Source of the DNA: Octopus sinensis
Taxonomy: Eukaryota
NCBI RefSeq assembly: GCF_006345805.1
Contig: NC_043009.1
Location: forward strand, 52,576,001 to 52,640,000
Direction: 5' to 3'
Length of the DNA stretch: 64,000 nucleotides
A model generated the notes under the pieces. It was not told the origin of the DNA. It was given only the letters and a program-made list of their open reading frames with translations, and ran no database searches. The translations under genes were made by a program, and so were the position numbers. The stretch's first letter is position 1. Each line of letters starts with the position of its first letter. Below are positions 27,857 to 40,539 of this stretch, one piece after another.

Positions 27857-28105
27857 AATCGCAAGAGAACAATAAAAAAAGGAAACAACAACAAATAGGA
27901 ATATCTAAGAATATATAACATAATTCTGAAATTTGAAGGCTACGACTTCCTGTTTAATATATTTGCAGTGCAGACACATTGTGTTTGACTGGCTTGATAT
28001 TACCATGCAGGTTACTTGTCGAGTGTCTCTACGTAGTCGCTTCAGCTGCTAGGAAAAGCAGAGATGTTTTCCTTGAAATTCGTCATCGTACTTATTTTCT
28101 TACTC

Positions 28106-28253
28106 TTTCTTTACTTTATGAAGGAGTTACATCAACCCTTTAAATGTTACCAAAATGAAGTCGATTGAGAGGTTTATTCTGAACTTGTGGAAGACACGCG
28201 AGATGTCGAAATATCGTTCATTTGATAACAGTTGCACTCCTCTTATTGTTTCT
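28106..28253 (+). mobile_element. One circularly permuted monomer of the same ~144-nt unit, inverted
   Basis: Reverse complement of the 27661-27856 unit, beginning and ending in the same TTTCT; TGAAC-TTGTGGAA-GACA..TGTC-GAAA-TATC-GTTCA at 28180-28220. Confidence 0.6.
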
Positions 28254-28254
28254 A

Positions 28255-28329
<75 letters not shown>

Positions 28330-28351
28330 GTTGTTGTTGTTGTTGTTGTTG

Positions 28352-28660
28352 TTCAGTAGTCTTATTTCTATCACGTGCTTTCACTACACTACCGAGCTCA
28401 TCTCTTTGTGCCTTGTGTATCTGCTGTGGTTTGTTGTGGTGCTCTTATATTTACTGTATTGAAAGTGTTTTACGCAGGATGTTTGCGGTGCCTTGAAGTT
28501 CTGTATGTTATATGTAATGGTAAGCCCTGGTATTTTTGTTATGTGTTTGTCTGAATGTTTTTTATCATTCCTAATGCGCCTACTATAATAGGAATTTTTT
28601 CTGTTTTTAGGCTCTACTTTCAAGCTACCTCTATTTCCATATCTTTGTATTTTGAAAGTT
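28352..28660 (-). mobile_element. R4/Dong-like (RLE non-LTR) 3' fragment
   Basis: Minus strand GTANILRKTLSIQ*, then 3' UTR running into (AAC)n/(AAT)n. Confidence 0.8.
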
Positions 28661-28679
28661 TGAAAGTTATTATTATTAT

Positions 28680-29262
28680 TCAATAGTCTTAATTTTATCA
28701 CATGCTTTCACTACACTACCGAGTGCAGCTCTGTGTGCCTTGGGTATGTGCTGTGGTTTGTTGTGATGCTCTTATTTTTACTGTATTGAAAGTGCTTTAC
28801 GTAGAATGTGTGCGGTGTTTAGTAGTGTTATGTTCTGTATGTTATATATACCTGTAGGTCCTGGTGTGCTCTTATTTATGTATTTGGCTGGATATTTTTT
28901 ATCATACCTAATTGCTTGTTTTTAGACTCCACATTCAAGTTACATCTATTTCCATGTCTTTGTATTTTGAAATTTTCTCCATATCTTTTAGAGAAACGTT
29001 TTCATCTGTTGGTATTGATACATCGATTACAATGCATCTTTCTTGGTAATCTCTATTGGCCTTAATTTCTCTATCTCTGTGTATTGGCATATCCCATAGT
29101 ATAGTTGCTTTCTCATTTTCTGTGACCTTTTCTGACGTGTGCCTATATCATCATTTTCTGTTTTTATTCCATAGTATTGGCATAACTTCTAGTGTATAAA
29201 GATCCCAAGCCTGTCGTGTCAGTGATTATATTCCTTCTTAAGCATGACTGGGCAGCCGGAGA
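28680..29262 (-). mobile_element. R4/Dong-like (RLE non-LTR) 3' fragment, second copy
   Basis: Degenerate RHDRLG..ILWDMPIHRDREIKANR..VIDVSIP..KIQRHGN..HILRKALSIQ*; same 3' UTR as 28352-28660; ends in (AAT)n. Confidence 0.8.
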
Positions 29263-29524
29263 CAATATGGTTATTATTATTATTATATGTTTGACTTTTG
29301 CTTTATATTTGTACAAGTTGGCTCCAAGTCTCACCCAGAGACCTCAAGAGACAACAGGTTGGAAGTTCACGTTGTTGTTATGCCTAGTGTGCCATATATT
29401 TGGTTGGGTTTTCTTTTGGTGTTATTATTATTATTATTAATTGTTATTGTTATTATTATTATTATTATTATTAATATTATTATTATTGTTGTTGTTTTAG
29501 TTGTTGTTGTTGTTGTTGTTGTTG

Positions 29525-29573
<49 letters not shown>

Positions 29574-29604
29574 GGCGAGCTTGCAGAATCGTTAGCACGT
29601 CAAT

Positions 29605-30750
29605 AGGTGTCGGAGGGCAAATTGCTCAGGGTCTGGTTTGGTTCGGACCTCCAGGTGGACAAGAACTGGGGGAAGGGGATGAGCAGGGTGACTAGCTTCA
29701 CCCAGAAATGGGCAGAGGAAACTAACTCTGAAGGGTCGGTCGGAGGTGGTGAATGCTTACATCGCCTCCATCATCTACTACCGCCTGACTGACACCCCTT
29801 GCCCTGTTTCATGGCTGATGAAACTGGAGCACTTGCTCTTCCGCTTTTCTGTGGAAGGGACGTGTTCTGCTCGTCAGACGGTCCATCTGTCGTCAGCAGC
29901 CGATGAGTTGCAGTCCTGGATAAAACGTAGACCGAGAAAGGGTGCTTGGTACCTTGAGTGTTGGCAAGTATTCACAGTCCTCTGCCAGTCTAGCTATAAC
30001 GAAAGAGGTAGCGTGGTGGACGAGGCTGAAAGGACTGAAGACAGATATTTTCCTCTTCAGTCGAGCCCTCATCAATTTTTTCAAGTTCCACTTGAAAAGA
30101 AAAGTGAGGGTGGAGAGGTAAGTACTGCTCCCCAGTAATATTGTTGATGTAGTGAAAATGGCCCGTGTATATATGTATATATGTATATATATATGTATAT
30201 ATGTATATATATATGTATATATATGTATGTATGTATGTATGCGTATATATATACAGGTATATATACATAGATATGCAGATTTATATGCACATACATAAAT
30301 CTATGTGAATGTGTTTATGCATATATATATATATACATATATATATACATGTATATATATGCATATATATGTATATATGTATATAGATATATACATATAT
30401 ATAGAGAGATATACATATACATATATATATATACATATGTATATACATATATACATATATATATATACATACATACTCTGAACATTCGCTTGTAGGCCGA
30501 AACGGCTGAGAGGAAGAGGGGTACCTGCCTGAGGTACTCTTGGTGGTCGGGGGACCGGGATGTGTACGGTGCCTTGGTTGACCCTGGGAGGAGGTCCTCC
30601 TATTGGCGATTTTTGTTGTTAGAAATTTTCTCCTTATATGTTATTGTATTTCAGTGTACACTAGGCATTGTGCCAATTTTCATTTGTCTCTTGTGTTGTC
30701 TTGTCCCTAATTGTATTCTGTTCGGCTCTTGTGAACAATAAAGAAATCAA
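29605..30750 (+). mobile_element. Internally deleted Tx1-like LINE remnant, interrupted at 30166-30475
   Basis: KLLRVWFGSDLQVDKNW..LTLKGRSEVVNAYIASIIYYRL..LEHLLFRF(L)WKG matches the L1/Tx1 post-RT region; putative 3' UTR with AATAAA near 30737. Confidence 0.7.
30166..30475 (+). repeat. Complex TA-rich block duplicated at ~32590-32868
   Basis: Shared irregular string GCGTATATATATACAGGTATATATACATAGATATGCAGATTTATATGCACATACATAAATCTATGTGAATGTG in both. Confidence 0.88.
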
Positions 30751-30756
30751 TTGTGC

Positions 30757-31262
30757 AGCTACCGGCGAACAGGTTTTGTGGAAACTGGTATCTCGAGGTG
30801 AACATTAAGCTCTGTAATTGTGGGAGCTGTACTTTTGTAATCTTTTCTAACAATTCGCGTAAGAATCCGACGGTCTCTATCTGAGTGTTTTGGTTTCCTT
30901 CCAGAGTTTTGTATCGACGAGGAGGTTTTTCCCTCTTTCTCAAAGGCTGTCATTACTTTCGAAACGGTTGTTCTTGATACACCAAATATTTCGGCTGTTT
31001 TCGTTACGCTAGCGCCTGCAATGCGAGCACCAACAATTTGACTTCATTGAACGTCGGATAGATCTGTCATTTTAATGAATTTTAATTAGCTTTTCCTGAC
31101 GATATCTGAAAAGGAACAGCAATTTTAGCAAAACATTTTAAGCAACATTAATAATAAATCAAAAAACATAAAAATAAATACGCTTTTGATGGTTTTAAAG
31201 ATATTTCAAAATAATGATGCTATGATGCTAGGTGTTTCCATTACTTTGCCCAACCCTGTGTA
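30757..31262 (-). mobile_element. Tc1-like transposon 5' fragment (pseudogenized)
   Basis: TIR-like CAGGGTTGGGCAAAGTAATGGAAACACC near 31260; MTDLSDVQ*SQIVGARIAGASVTKTAEIFGVSRTTVSKVMTAFEKEGKT..GRKPKHSDRDRRILTRIV from 31070. Confidence 0.85.
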
Positions 31263-31267
31263 TATGT

Positions 31268-31305
<38 letters not shown>

Positions 31306-31314
31306 ACATATATA

Positions 31315-32520
31315 GGGGCATCATCCTCAAGATTGTCTTTGCGTGTCTCCAACCATTACGCAACTTTTCGGGACGTGAACAAGCGCCAGACCACGGGACT
31401 CAGTAAGCTAATATGGCGACTGAAGGATGCGAACTTAAGCTATAGGCTGGAATGGTCAATTTTGTCGGTGGCCCTCCCATTTGATAGGGGCAGAAGACAG
31501 TGCAACCTTTGTGTCTCCGAACTCTTCCATATTTTGTTTGCCAGAGGGCAGATGGTAAACGGGCTCTTACAGTCGGCTTTTCGATGCCCCCATTGGCGGC
31601 GTTACACTTATCTGGCCTTTAAATAGCGTTTATAAATAATACCGGCACCCATAGCCCTTGGTAACAAATTCTGAAATAGCCTTTAAGATATCTACGATTA
31701 ACCACTGCAAGGGGAATTACTCCTGTAAGACAAACGGGGCTTGGTTTTCTCACAGCGGGGGGTTTCCTTGACAAGGCAGGCTTAGATGAACACACACACA
31801 CATAAAACATAATATATATATTTTTTTTTTTTCTTTCTGCCACCCAACGGTTATCACGGCAGTAGCCACTGACAGCCGAACGATCAAACGCACACACGTA
31901 CACAAAAAATGTTTTCTACCCCTACGCCAACACACACATATATAGAACAGTATACACACACACACGTCTCTAAGTAGATTTTTTCTCGCCCCTTATAAAA
32001 CATCCAATATTCCTTAAATAGTCAGAACTTTATTCTCGGTCACAAAGAACATCTATACACCCTCACCCACATGATTGACCGATGCCTGACCCGTTGAATT
32101 CTTCAGCCACCGGTTCTCAACATACACTGATAAACAGTTTCGCCATGGGCTCTTAGGAGCACAGTTCGATTTGTTTTTTGCTCCGCCTCTGTTCTGTTTT
32201 TGTTTTTCCAACGGATTTCCTTTTTTCTTCCTGAAGAGAAAGACACAATATGGTCCCATTATTCAATCGGATTTTGGTAATTTGTGCCTTTCGAAACACG
32301 TGTAGAATGGAATAAAACGATTTCTGTTCAATCTGCGTTCAGCTCCATTTCTTCAATTCACCAATAATGTTTTAATTTCAATTATCCGCACCAACGCACG
32401 GTTGCAACGCCAGATGGTTGTACCTCCAACCGTGCTGTTTACTGCTGTGATTTTTGCTACTAAGGTATCGGTTAAACTTTTGATTAATCTACTACAAGAT
32501 TATTCATCTTTCTATTTCAC

Positions 32521-32522
<2 letters not shown>
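31315..32522 (+). mobile_element. Penelope-like element 3' end (GIY-YIG C-terminus plus terminal repeat region)
   Basis: RVSNHYATFR..TGLSKLIWRLKD..WSIL..CNLCVSE..CPH resembles the PLE endonuclease C-terminus; HHR downstream; (TA)n on both sides. Confidence 0.8.
32228..32307 (+). ncRNA. Type I hammerhead ribozyme in PLE 3' region
   Basis: TTC-CTGAAGA-GAAAGaCACAA...TTGTGcCTTTC-GAAA-CACGTG-TA-GAA: complete core, extended stem II, palindromic stem III, GUA site; AATAAA at 32311. Confidence 0.8.
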
Positions 32523-32566
<44 letters not shown>

Positions 32567-32608
32567 TATACATATATATATACATGTATACATATGTATA
32601 TATATGTA

Positions 32609-32642
<34 letters not shown>

Positions 32643-32718
32643 CGTATATATATACAGGTATATATACATAGATATGCAGATTTATATGCACATACATAAA
32701 TCTATGTGAATGTGTATA

Positions 32719-32750
<32 letters not shown>

Positions 32751-32901
32751 CATGTATATATATGCATATATATGTATATATGTATTTAGATATATACATA
32801 TATATATAGATACATATACATATATATATACATATGTATATACATATACATATATATATACATACATATATGCATATATATATGTATATACATATATACA
32901 T

Positions 32902-32932
<31 letters not shown>

Positions 32933-33154
32933 ATATATACATACATATATGCAAAACATATTATATATATAATATTATATATATTTATACATATATATAT
33001 AAATACATATATATATATATATATATACTATATATATATATATATATATTATACTTATACATATATATATGTATTATACATATACATTTATATGTATATA
33101 TATACATATAAATGTATATATATATGCATATATATATGTATATATATATATATA

Positions 33155-33186
<32 letters not shown>

Positions 33187-33505
33187 ATATACACCCATAC
33201 TTGCATACACATGTCTCACAGGGCTACACACGCAAGTTGCTATATTCAAGATGTAAATAGATTTTTCACTTTCATCAACTTGCTTAATTGTAAAGTTTCA
33301 GTGTGGTTTACTTCATTAAACATTGTATTACATTGTTTCACCTAACGCATTGTACCGTTGTTTGTGCATGTATGAATATCTGTTTATATCAGGCGTTTAT
33401 ATACGTGTGTTTGGGTTCGTGTGTGTATACGTGGGACCTGTGTGTGTCTGCCAGCAAAGGTTTCTTCCCATGTACGAACATCTACATTATTCAAAATACA
33501 CACAA

Positions 33506-33536
<31 letters not shown>

Positions 33537-33695
33537 CATCTATATACATATATATACATATAAATGTATATGTATAATATATATATATATATATGCATCT
33601 ATATAGATATATATATATATATGTATAAATATATGTATGTATATATATATGTATAAATATATGTATATATATATATATGTAGATGTATATATATA

Positions 33696-33748
<53 letters not shown>

Positions 33749-33902
33749 TGTGTATATATATATAGTCTGGATATATATGTATATATGTGTAACATGTATA
33801 CATATACTGGTAGGTATGCATAAATATATATACATGAATATGCGTATGTATATAATATATACATATATGCACATATACATAATACATATATACACCCACA
33901 CC

Positions 33903-33977
<75 letters not shown>

Positions 33978-35519
33978 TCTTTTTGTGCTTTCCTTGTCTA
34001 TATAAATAGAGCTATATTAAGATAAACAGAATGAGATGTACATATATACAAGGAAGGTATATTTATCTATGTATGAACGTGCCTGTGTGTATGCATGAGA
34101 AAGAGAAAAAAAGAAGGGTGTAAAAATGTCTGCCTCTCTCGCTTTCTCTCCACACCCCCACACGCACACAGATGTATTTGTGCGCGTGCGTGTGTGTATG
34201 TGTGCATTCGTCTATATAACTATATATATATATATAATATATATATATATACATATATAATATATATATATATATATATAGGTATTTTCGCTTCTGTGTT
34301 GTCTGACAATGGTTGACGATGCTAACTTAACTTTTCGCAGCCTCTAGCACTGTGTGTAGATGGTGTGAAAAATCTTGCAATTTCTTGCCCGACTGATTCT
34401 TAAAGTAGAATAATAATTATTGGTTTGAACAGATTTAATTTGATAATCACAGTTCTATTTCACGCCTGATACTCACCTTCTCTGTACACAAACAGCTCCC
34501 TCACTCACTCTCTTTCTTTTCTTTCTTTTAATCTTTTTCCTTTCTTTATCTATCTCTCTCTGTCTCTCTTTCTCTCTCTTTAATATCCTATCATCACTGT
34601 CTCATTCTGCTTTTCTGTGTCTGTCTGTATCTTTCTTTATCTCTCTCTTTCTTTATTTCCCTCGGCCTTTACATTTCTCTCTCTCTCTTTCTGTCTCTCT
34701 CTCCCTCTTTCACTCTCTCCCTCTCTCTCTCTCTCTCTCTCTTTCTCTTTATATATAGGGATGCGCGTGTGTGTGTATTCAGGTGTAAAAATTTACACAA
34801 TCATAATTGTATATAATATGATCTGTGCGCAAGCGCCTTTTGGGAGAGAGAGAGAGAGAGAGAGATAGGCAAAGAGGGAAAGAACGAATGTGAGAGAGGG
34901 AGAGAGAGAGAAAGAGAGAGAGGAAAAGATAGAAAGAAAGAGAGAGAGAGAGAAATGAAGAGAGCGGCTGTGTGCTGTTTGGCAAACGATTAAATTTTTC
35001 AAATAGGTTGTTAGCGTAGTTTAATCGGCAAGGCTTAGGATTAACACTAACATTGCTGGCTTTCGAGACACAAACGATTACCGGGGTCTAATTTGGTCGA
35101 ATTGCTAAGGCAGGCAGTGAACAAGAAAATAGTAAATGACTGAAATTTATGTCGGATAGAGTTAGGAAGAATTAAATGGGTTGAAGCAAACCAGTCAGTA
35201 TGAATCGGGTGGAAGTTGATACAAACTATAATCTAATAGGGAAGTACGTACACATACATACTTACATACATACATTCGTACGTACATACATACATACATA
35301 CATACATACATTCGTACATACATACATACATACATACATACATACATACATACAAGCATACATACATACATACATACATACATACATACATACATACATG
35401 AATGCATACATACATACATACATACATACATGCATACATACATACATACATGAATGCATACATACATACATACATACATACATGAATGCATACATACATA
35501 CATACATACATACATACAT

Positions 35520-35556
<37 letters not shown>

Positions 35557-35875
35557 AGAAATGCAAAAGAAATGCAACAAAACTGAATAAGCTCACGACC
35601 GAAATTATTAATCCGTCGCTCAGAGAAATAGAAACAGTTAATTATGATGTGCTTGGTATTATCCTTCTTTGTAACGTTCTAGGGAAGGATAAAAGGAAAG
35701 ACGAGGAAGAGAAAAATGTAGGAAAGGGAATCTTCATGATGAAAGCCATACATTTACGTATATTATAGAGCTAGCAAAATTCCTGAATTTATCTAGCCTC
35801 TACATAACATTAAAGGATCACATGTCAAAAGTGTAGGCTTAACAACAAAATAAAGTGAATCGGGGATAGCACACA

Positions 35876-35920
<45 letters not shown>

Positions 35921-35989
35921 TATATAAACGACTAGAAAAATAACACGTACAATACACTTAAATTAATGACAATGAAGCAATGCTACATC

Positions 35990-36790
35990 AAGTTATTTAA
36001 TAATGTCGAAGATAAAAAAAATGACAGCGGATTGAACCAGATTGATGTTGTAGAACATTACTCCTCCATTTTTAAAATCTACGGAATGTTTTAGAATTTT
36101 GAAAACTATACCACCCTAACCGATACCTGTACCAATGTTAAAATTAATGCAAGATTGGTTTTAAAATATAAACAAGAAAAATGCTTTTCCATGTATTGAT
36201 GGGTAGCTACAATGGAACAGAGATTTCGGATTTTCTTGTATTATATGTTATAATTATATTGAAACATATAGAACGTTATTCACAATCATAGAAATTTACA
36301 AAGGTGCTGGATTTACCGTATCCCTTTTCCTAACCGGAAGTGACAAGAACAAACTCAGAAAAGACGCTGGCATTTTTAAAGATTTTGACATGAAAATTAC
36401 AATACATACAACTCTATGGAAAGTATATTTCCTAAATGCAACAAAGCAAGTATTATTCTTACCATAAACCTAACAGAACTAAATCAATATTCATGAATCA
36501 GAAATGCAGCCAGTTGCCCGTGGCCAAACTACACATTACTAGTATGATTATTGATAACATTTATTGCCAACAATTGGATACAGAAATAATTTTTAATTTC
36601 CCCCATAATACGATAGATCATTAGCTAGATTTAGCTTTTATGGTAAACAAAACTACATAGAACCAATCATTCGAAATTATACCAAACCGAAAAAGAAACT
36701 ATTTGGTATAATCCACCCCGTCGTTTAAATGTATGCACAAATATTGCTGAAACTTTTCTAACACTAATTTCACACCCATTTTTCACACTT
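35990..36790 (+). mobile_element. Highly decayed Penelope-like RT remnant
   Basis: Across frames: DVVEHYSSI, FHVLMGSYNGTEISDF, FKDFDMKITI, YSYHKPN, IWYNPP, TNIAETFL, collinear with PLE RT motifs. Confidence 0.65.
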
Positions 36791-37659
36791 ATATCAGCAA
36801 GTACTCAGTTATGGCTAGCTGTAATTGTACCGGACAGAAAAGAAATCTGCCTTAAACAATTTTATAGCAAAGACTGTAACTACTGCAACGGCTTCCTTAG
36901 CTATTATCCTTTATGTACAGTAGAACAGTGAATTTGCTTTATTATGTGAAACACACTTGACTCATCTTTAGAAATATATGTGCTTCTGAGTATTTTCCTG
37001 AAAACTTTTACAGCTATGAATGACCACCCTTTGATATTTTTTAAGTAATTCGAACCCCTATTTCCCGAACACAGAAAAATAGTACATTTCTTGTTAGGAT
37101 CAACAACAGAGTGATATTCTCCCTGAGGTCTAGTTACCTAGAACAAAATCAAAAGTCCAAAAGCTGTCAAGAAAAACTAAAAGCTTCTGGTCGCCAGCCA
37201 AAGCCGGCAAATATGACCTCAGAAATTCCCATCAAGAATAACAATGACAACTTGATCCAAAACAGACATAGAAAGGCGATGGAATGGGTATTTCAGAATT
37301 TTATAACGAATTGATTAACACTAGCTGTGAATCCTCGACTAGAAAGACCAGAGACCAACCTACGAACAAATAACAGGAGTGCAACAGCGATCGAAGTCAC
37401 AAGAGTCCTTCACTACGTTAGAAGCAATCACTTATCAGGCTCTGGCAACTTTTCAATGGTACTGAACTCGGTAAAGCTGTAAAAGCTCAAGTCAATATAT
37501 AATTGTTAGAAGAAACTGTAATGATTTGAAAGACTCTTATATCAACGTACGACTAAAGATAGATGCGACTGTGGAAACTGTAGATGGATAACATTCCTCT
37601 CAGTATCTTGCCCTTGTGGAAATAAAGAATTTATTAGTATTATTTATTAGTATTATTAT

Positions 37660-37865
37660 TAAGGATGTGAACTGGCAGAATAGTTACCGCGCCAAAGAAA
37701 ACGCTAAGTGACATTTTGTCCGACTTTACGTTCACATCCACCGAGGTAGACTTTGCCTCTTATCCTTTTAGAGTTGATAAAATAAATACGAAACGAAAGA
37801 TAGGTTCGTCGCAATCGACTTACTCCTTTCTCGAAATTGCTTGCCTTGTGCCAAAATTTCAAACC
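37660..37865 (+). mobile_element. Degenerate Meta-domain-like SINE
   Basis: GAACTGGCAGAATAGTTA..CCGAGGTAGACTTTGCCTCTTATCCTTT following (ATT)-rich DNA. Confidence 0.6.
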
Positions 37866-38026
37866 GGTATCATTACTCGTTATTCTTTATTCATTTTTTT
37901 TTTACTCGTTTCGGTCATTAGATAGTCCTTGGGTCGATTTGCTCGACTAAAGGCGGTGCTCCAGCATGGCCACTGTCACATGACTGAAACAAGTAAAGAG
38001 AGACAAAAAATGAGGGGGAATATGGT

Positions 38027-38235
38027 TTAACCCTTTTGATACCAACCTGCTTGAGACCGCCTGTCTTTCGATGATACAAACTTCTAAATCCAGACGTTCC
38101 ACCAAAATTTCATATCAATTAATGTTTCAAACCCTCGACTTAAAAACAACCAAATCAATACATTAGAATGTTCGTTGTTTTAAGAATTAATTGTAATAGT
38201 ATTTCGAAAGAAATATGTTGAACAAAATGGTTCAT
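38027..38235. mobile_element. Possible piggyBac-like MITE
   Basis: Starts TTAACCCTTT; similar to 48343-48432 plus 48706-48845; right end degenerate. Confidence 0.4.
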
Positions 38236-39349
38236 AACATTTTCAAATAGATTCTACAAAGTTTCGTTGCTCTTAGTCTCAGGTAAGTTTTAATACAGCG
38301 GGCCGATGATCAAATTGCTTCCACTTGTGACTCTCCCGTCTTATTTTTATGCATGTCTTCGATACTGTGAATCATAATACAAATAATCTAAAATGAGGGA
38401 GATTTTGTTGCTATTTCTCGCAAAGATAGTGAGCACCTAGAAGCTTTCTTGTTGTTTTGTGTTAATCAGTAAAGTTCACCTGAATATGTGTACGCAGTCA
38501 GGAAACTCTGTTTACCTTTGCTACGACACACAGACAGAAATAGAAATGGCGCTGCAAGATTTTATTTTTCTTTAAATGGAATCGGTAAGAGAAAACAGAA
38601 AGAAAAAAAAAACCCATGGAGATTAGAATCATTTACAAGTTTCTGCTTATTTGCATTGATGTTTTTGTTGGGTTTTTTTTTTTTTTATTTATGATGATGA
38701 TGATGATGATGACGATAACGACGATGATGATTATGATGATGATGATGTGATCGAGATTTTGATAATGATGGTGATTGTGATGCAGGTGGTGATGATAATG
38801 GCGGCGATGGTGGTGGTGGTGGTGGTGGTGGTGGTGTTGGTGCTAATATTGGTAATATTCATTGCGATATTGATGGTGGCGGTGACTTTTGGTAGTAGTG
38901 ATACGGCTGGTGCTGCCCACGCTGATGGTGATGTTGTTGGTGGTGATACGGTGGTGGTAATGTTCGCAATTCTCATGTCGATGGTAATGGTGAAGGTGAT
39001 GGTGATGGTGGTAATAGTGATGATGGCGATGATGATGACGCTGACGGTGATTGTGAGGTTGATGATGCTCGTGTTGAGGGTGACGCTGGTAGTGTAAATG
39101 GTAGTAAAGATGGCGATTGCTTCATTTTGGTTTGTTTTTCCTGTCAGGTTAGTGCAAAATAACTGTTATTCGTACCCTAAAACATAATTGTTTTTAAATA
39201 TATGTGCACATATAAAATTGCTGTGTGTATACATATATATATTATATATATGTGTGTGTGTGTGTGTGTGTATGTGTATACACACGTACAAATGTGTGTA
39301 CTATGTTTCCATAGGTATGTGTATGTTGTATATATATATATATATATAT

Positions 39350-39617
39350 ATATATGCGAGTGTGTATGTGTAAATATATATATATGCACAAGGGTAAGTG
39401 TATGTGTATGCGTGTGTGTATCTATATATATGCTGTATATAGTTATGTGTTTGTATGTATATGTCTGCTTGTATATATATATTATATATATATATATATA
39501 TGCGAGTGTGTATGTGTAAATATATATATATGCACAAGGGTAAGTGTATGTGTATGCGTGTGTGTATCTATATATATGCTGTATATAGTTATGTGTTTGT
39601 ATGTATATGTCTGCTTG

Positions 39618-39640
<23 letters not shown>
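39350..39640. repeat. Tandem duplication, period ~146 bp
   Basis: GCGAGTGTGTATGTGTAAAT..CACAAGGGTAAG..GTCTGCTTG at 39356 and 39502. Confidence 0.9.
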
Positions 39641-39667
<27 letters not shown>

Positions 39668-39965
39668 CATATATATGTATGTATTATGTATTTATATATG
39701 TGTGTGTGTGCGTGTCTTTAGACGTTCCTATCTCTCTCGCTCTCTCTTTCTTTCTCTCACCCCCTCTCTCTTTTTCTCACTCTACCCTGTCCTCTTATTC
39801 TCTTTACGTTTTTGTCTCTATTTTCTTCTCTCTCATCATTCATTCAAAGTTGAGTTTTTTCTTCTTCCTTATTTCTCTTCTCTCCTTATTTTCTTTTGAC
39901 TTCTTTCCTCCTTCTCCTTCCTTCAACTTTCATTTTAATTACTTTTCATTTCTCTTATATTCCAG

Positions 39966-40020
<55 letters not shown>

Positions 40021-40044
40021 TCATACATACAGTTAAACAAACAC

Positions 40045-40075
<31 letters not shown>

Positions 40076-40539
40076 TACTCACGTACACAGAATTTATCAG
40101 CGTCTCATTGTTTTTCTCCTTACATATGTCTGGTTCTCTCTTTCTCTCTCTCTCACTCGCTCTCTTTCTCTTTCTTTCTATCTCACTTTCTGTTTCTCTC
40201 TCATTCATCCTTCCTCTCCCATGTTTCATTTTTACTTCTCACTACTCACCGTTGCTCTTTGTCACGCACAAACATTCCTTTCTCTCCCTCTCTCTCTCTC
40301 TCTCACTCACTTTCTCTCTCTGCCCCCTCTTCCCCCCTCTCTCTCTCTCTCTTATCCCCTTGTTTCTATCTTTCTTTTCAGATAAAACACATACACACAT
40401 CCTTATATGCACAAATAAATCTTGCTTCCCGACAAGCAGCCATAGACAACACACCATCAGTCTGGTTAATAGACTCTAAAAATATCTTGATAGCGGCACA
40501 CGGTCAAAAGCTTTTCACCAGAAACCACCAGAAGAATGT

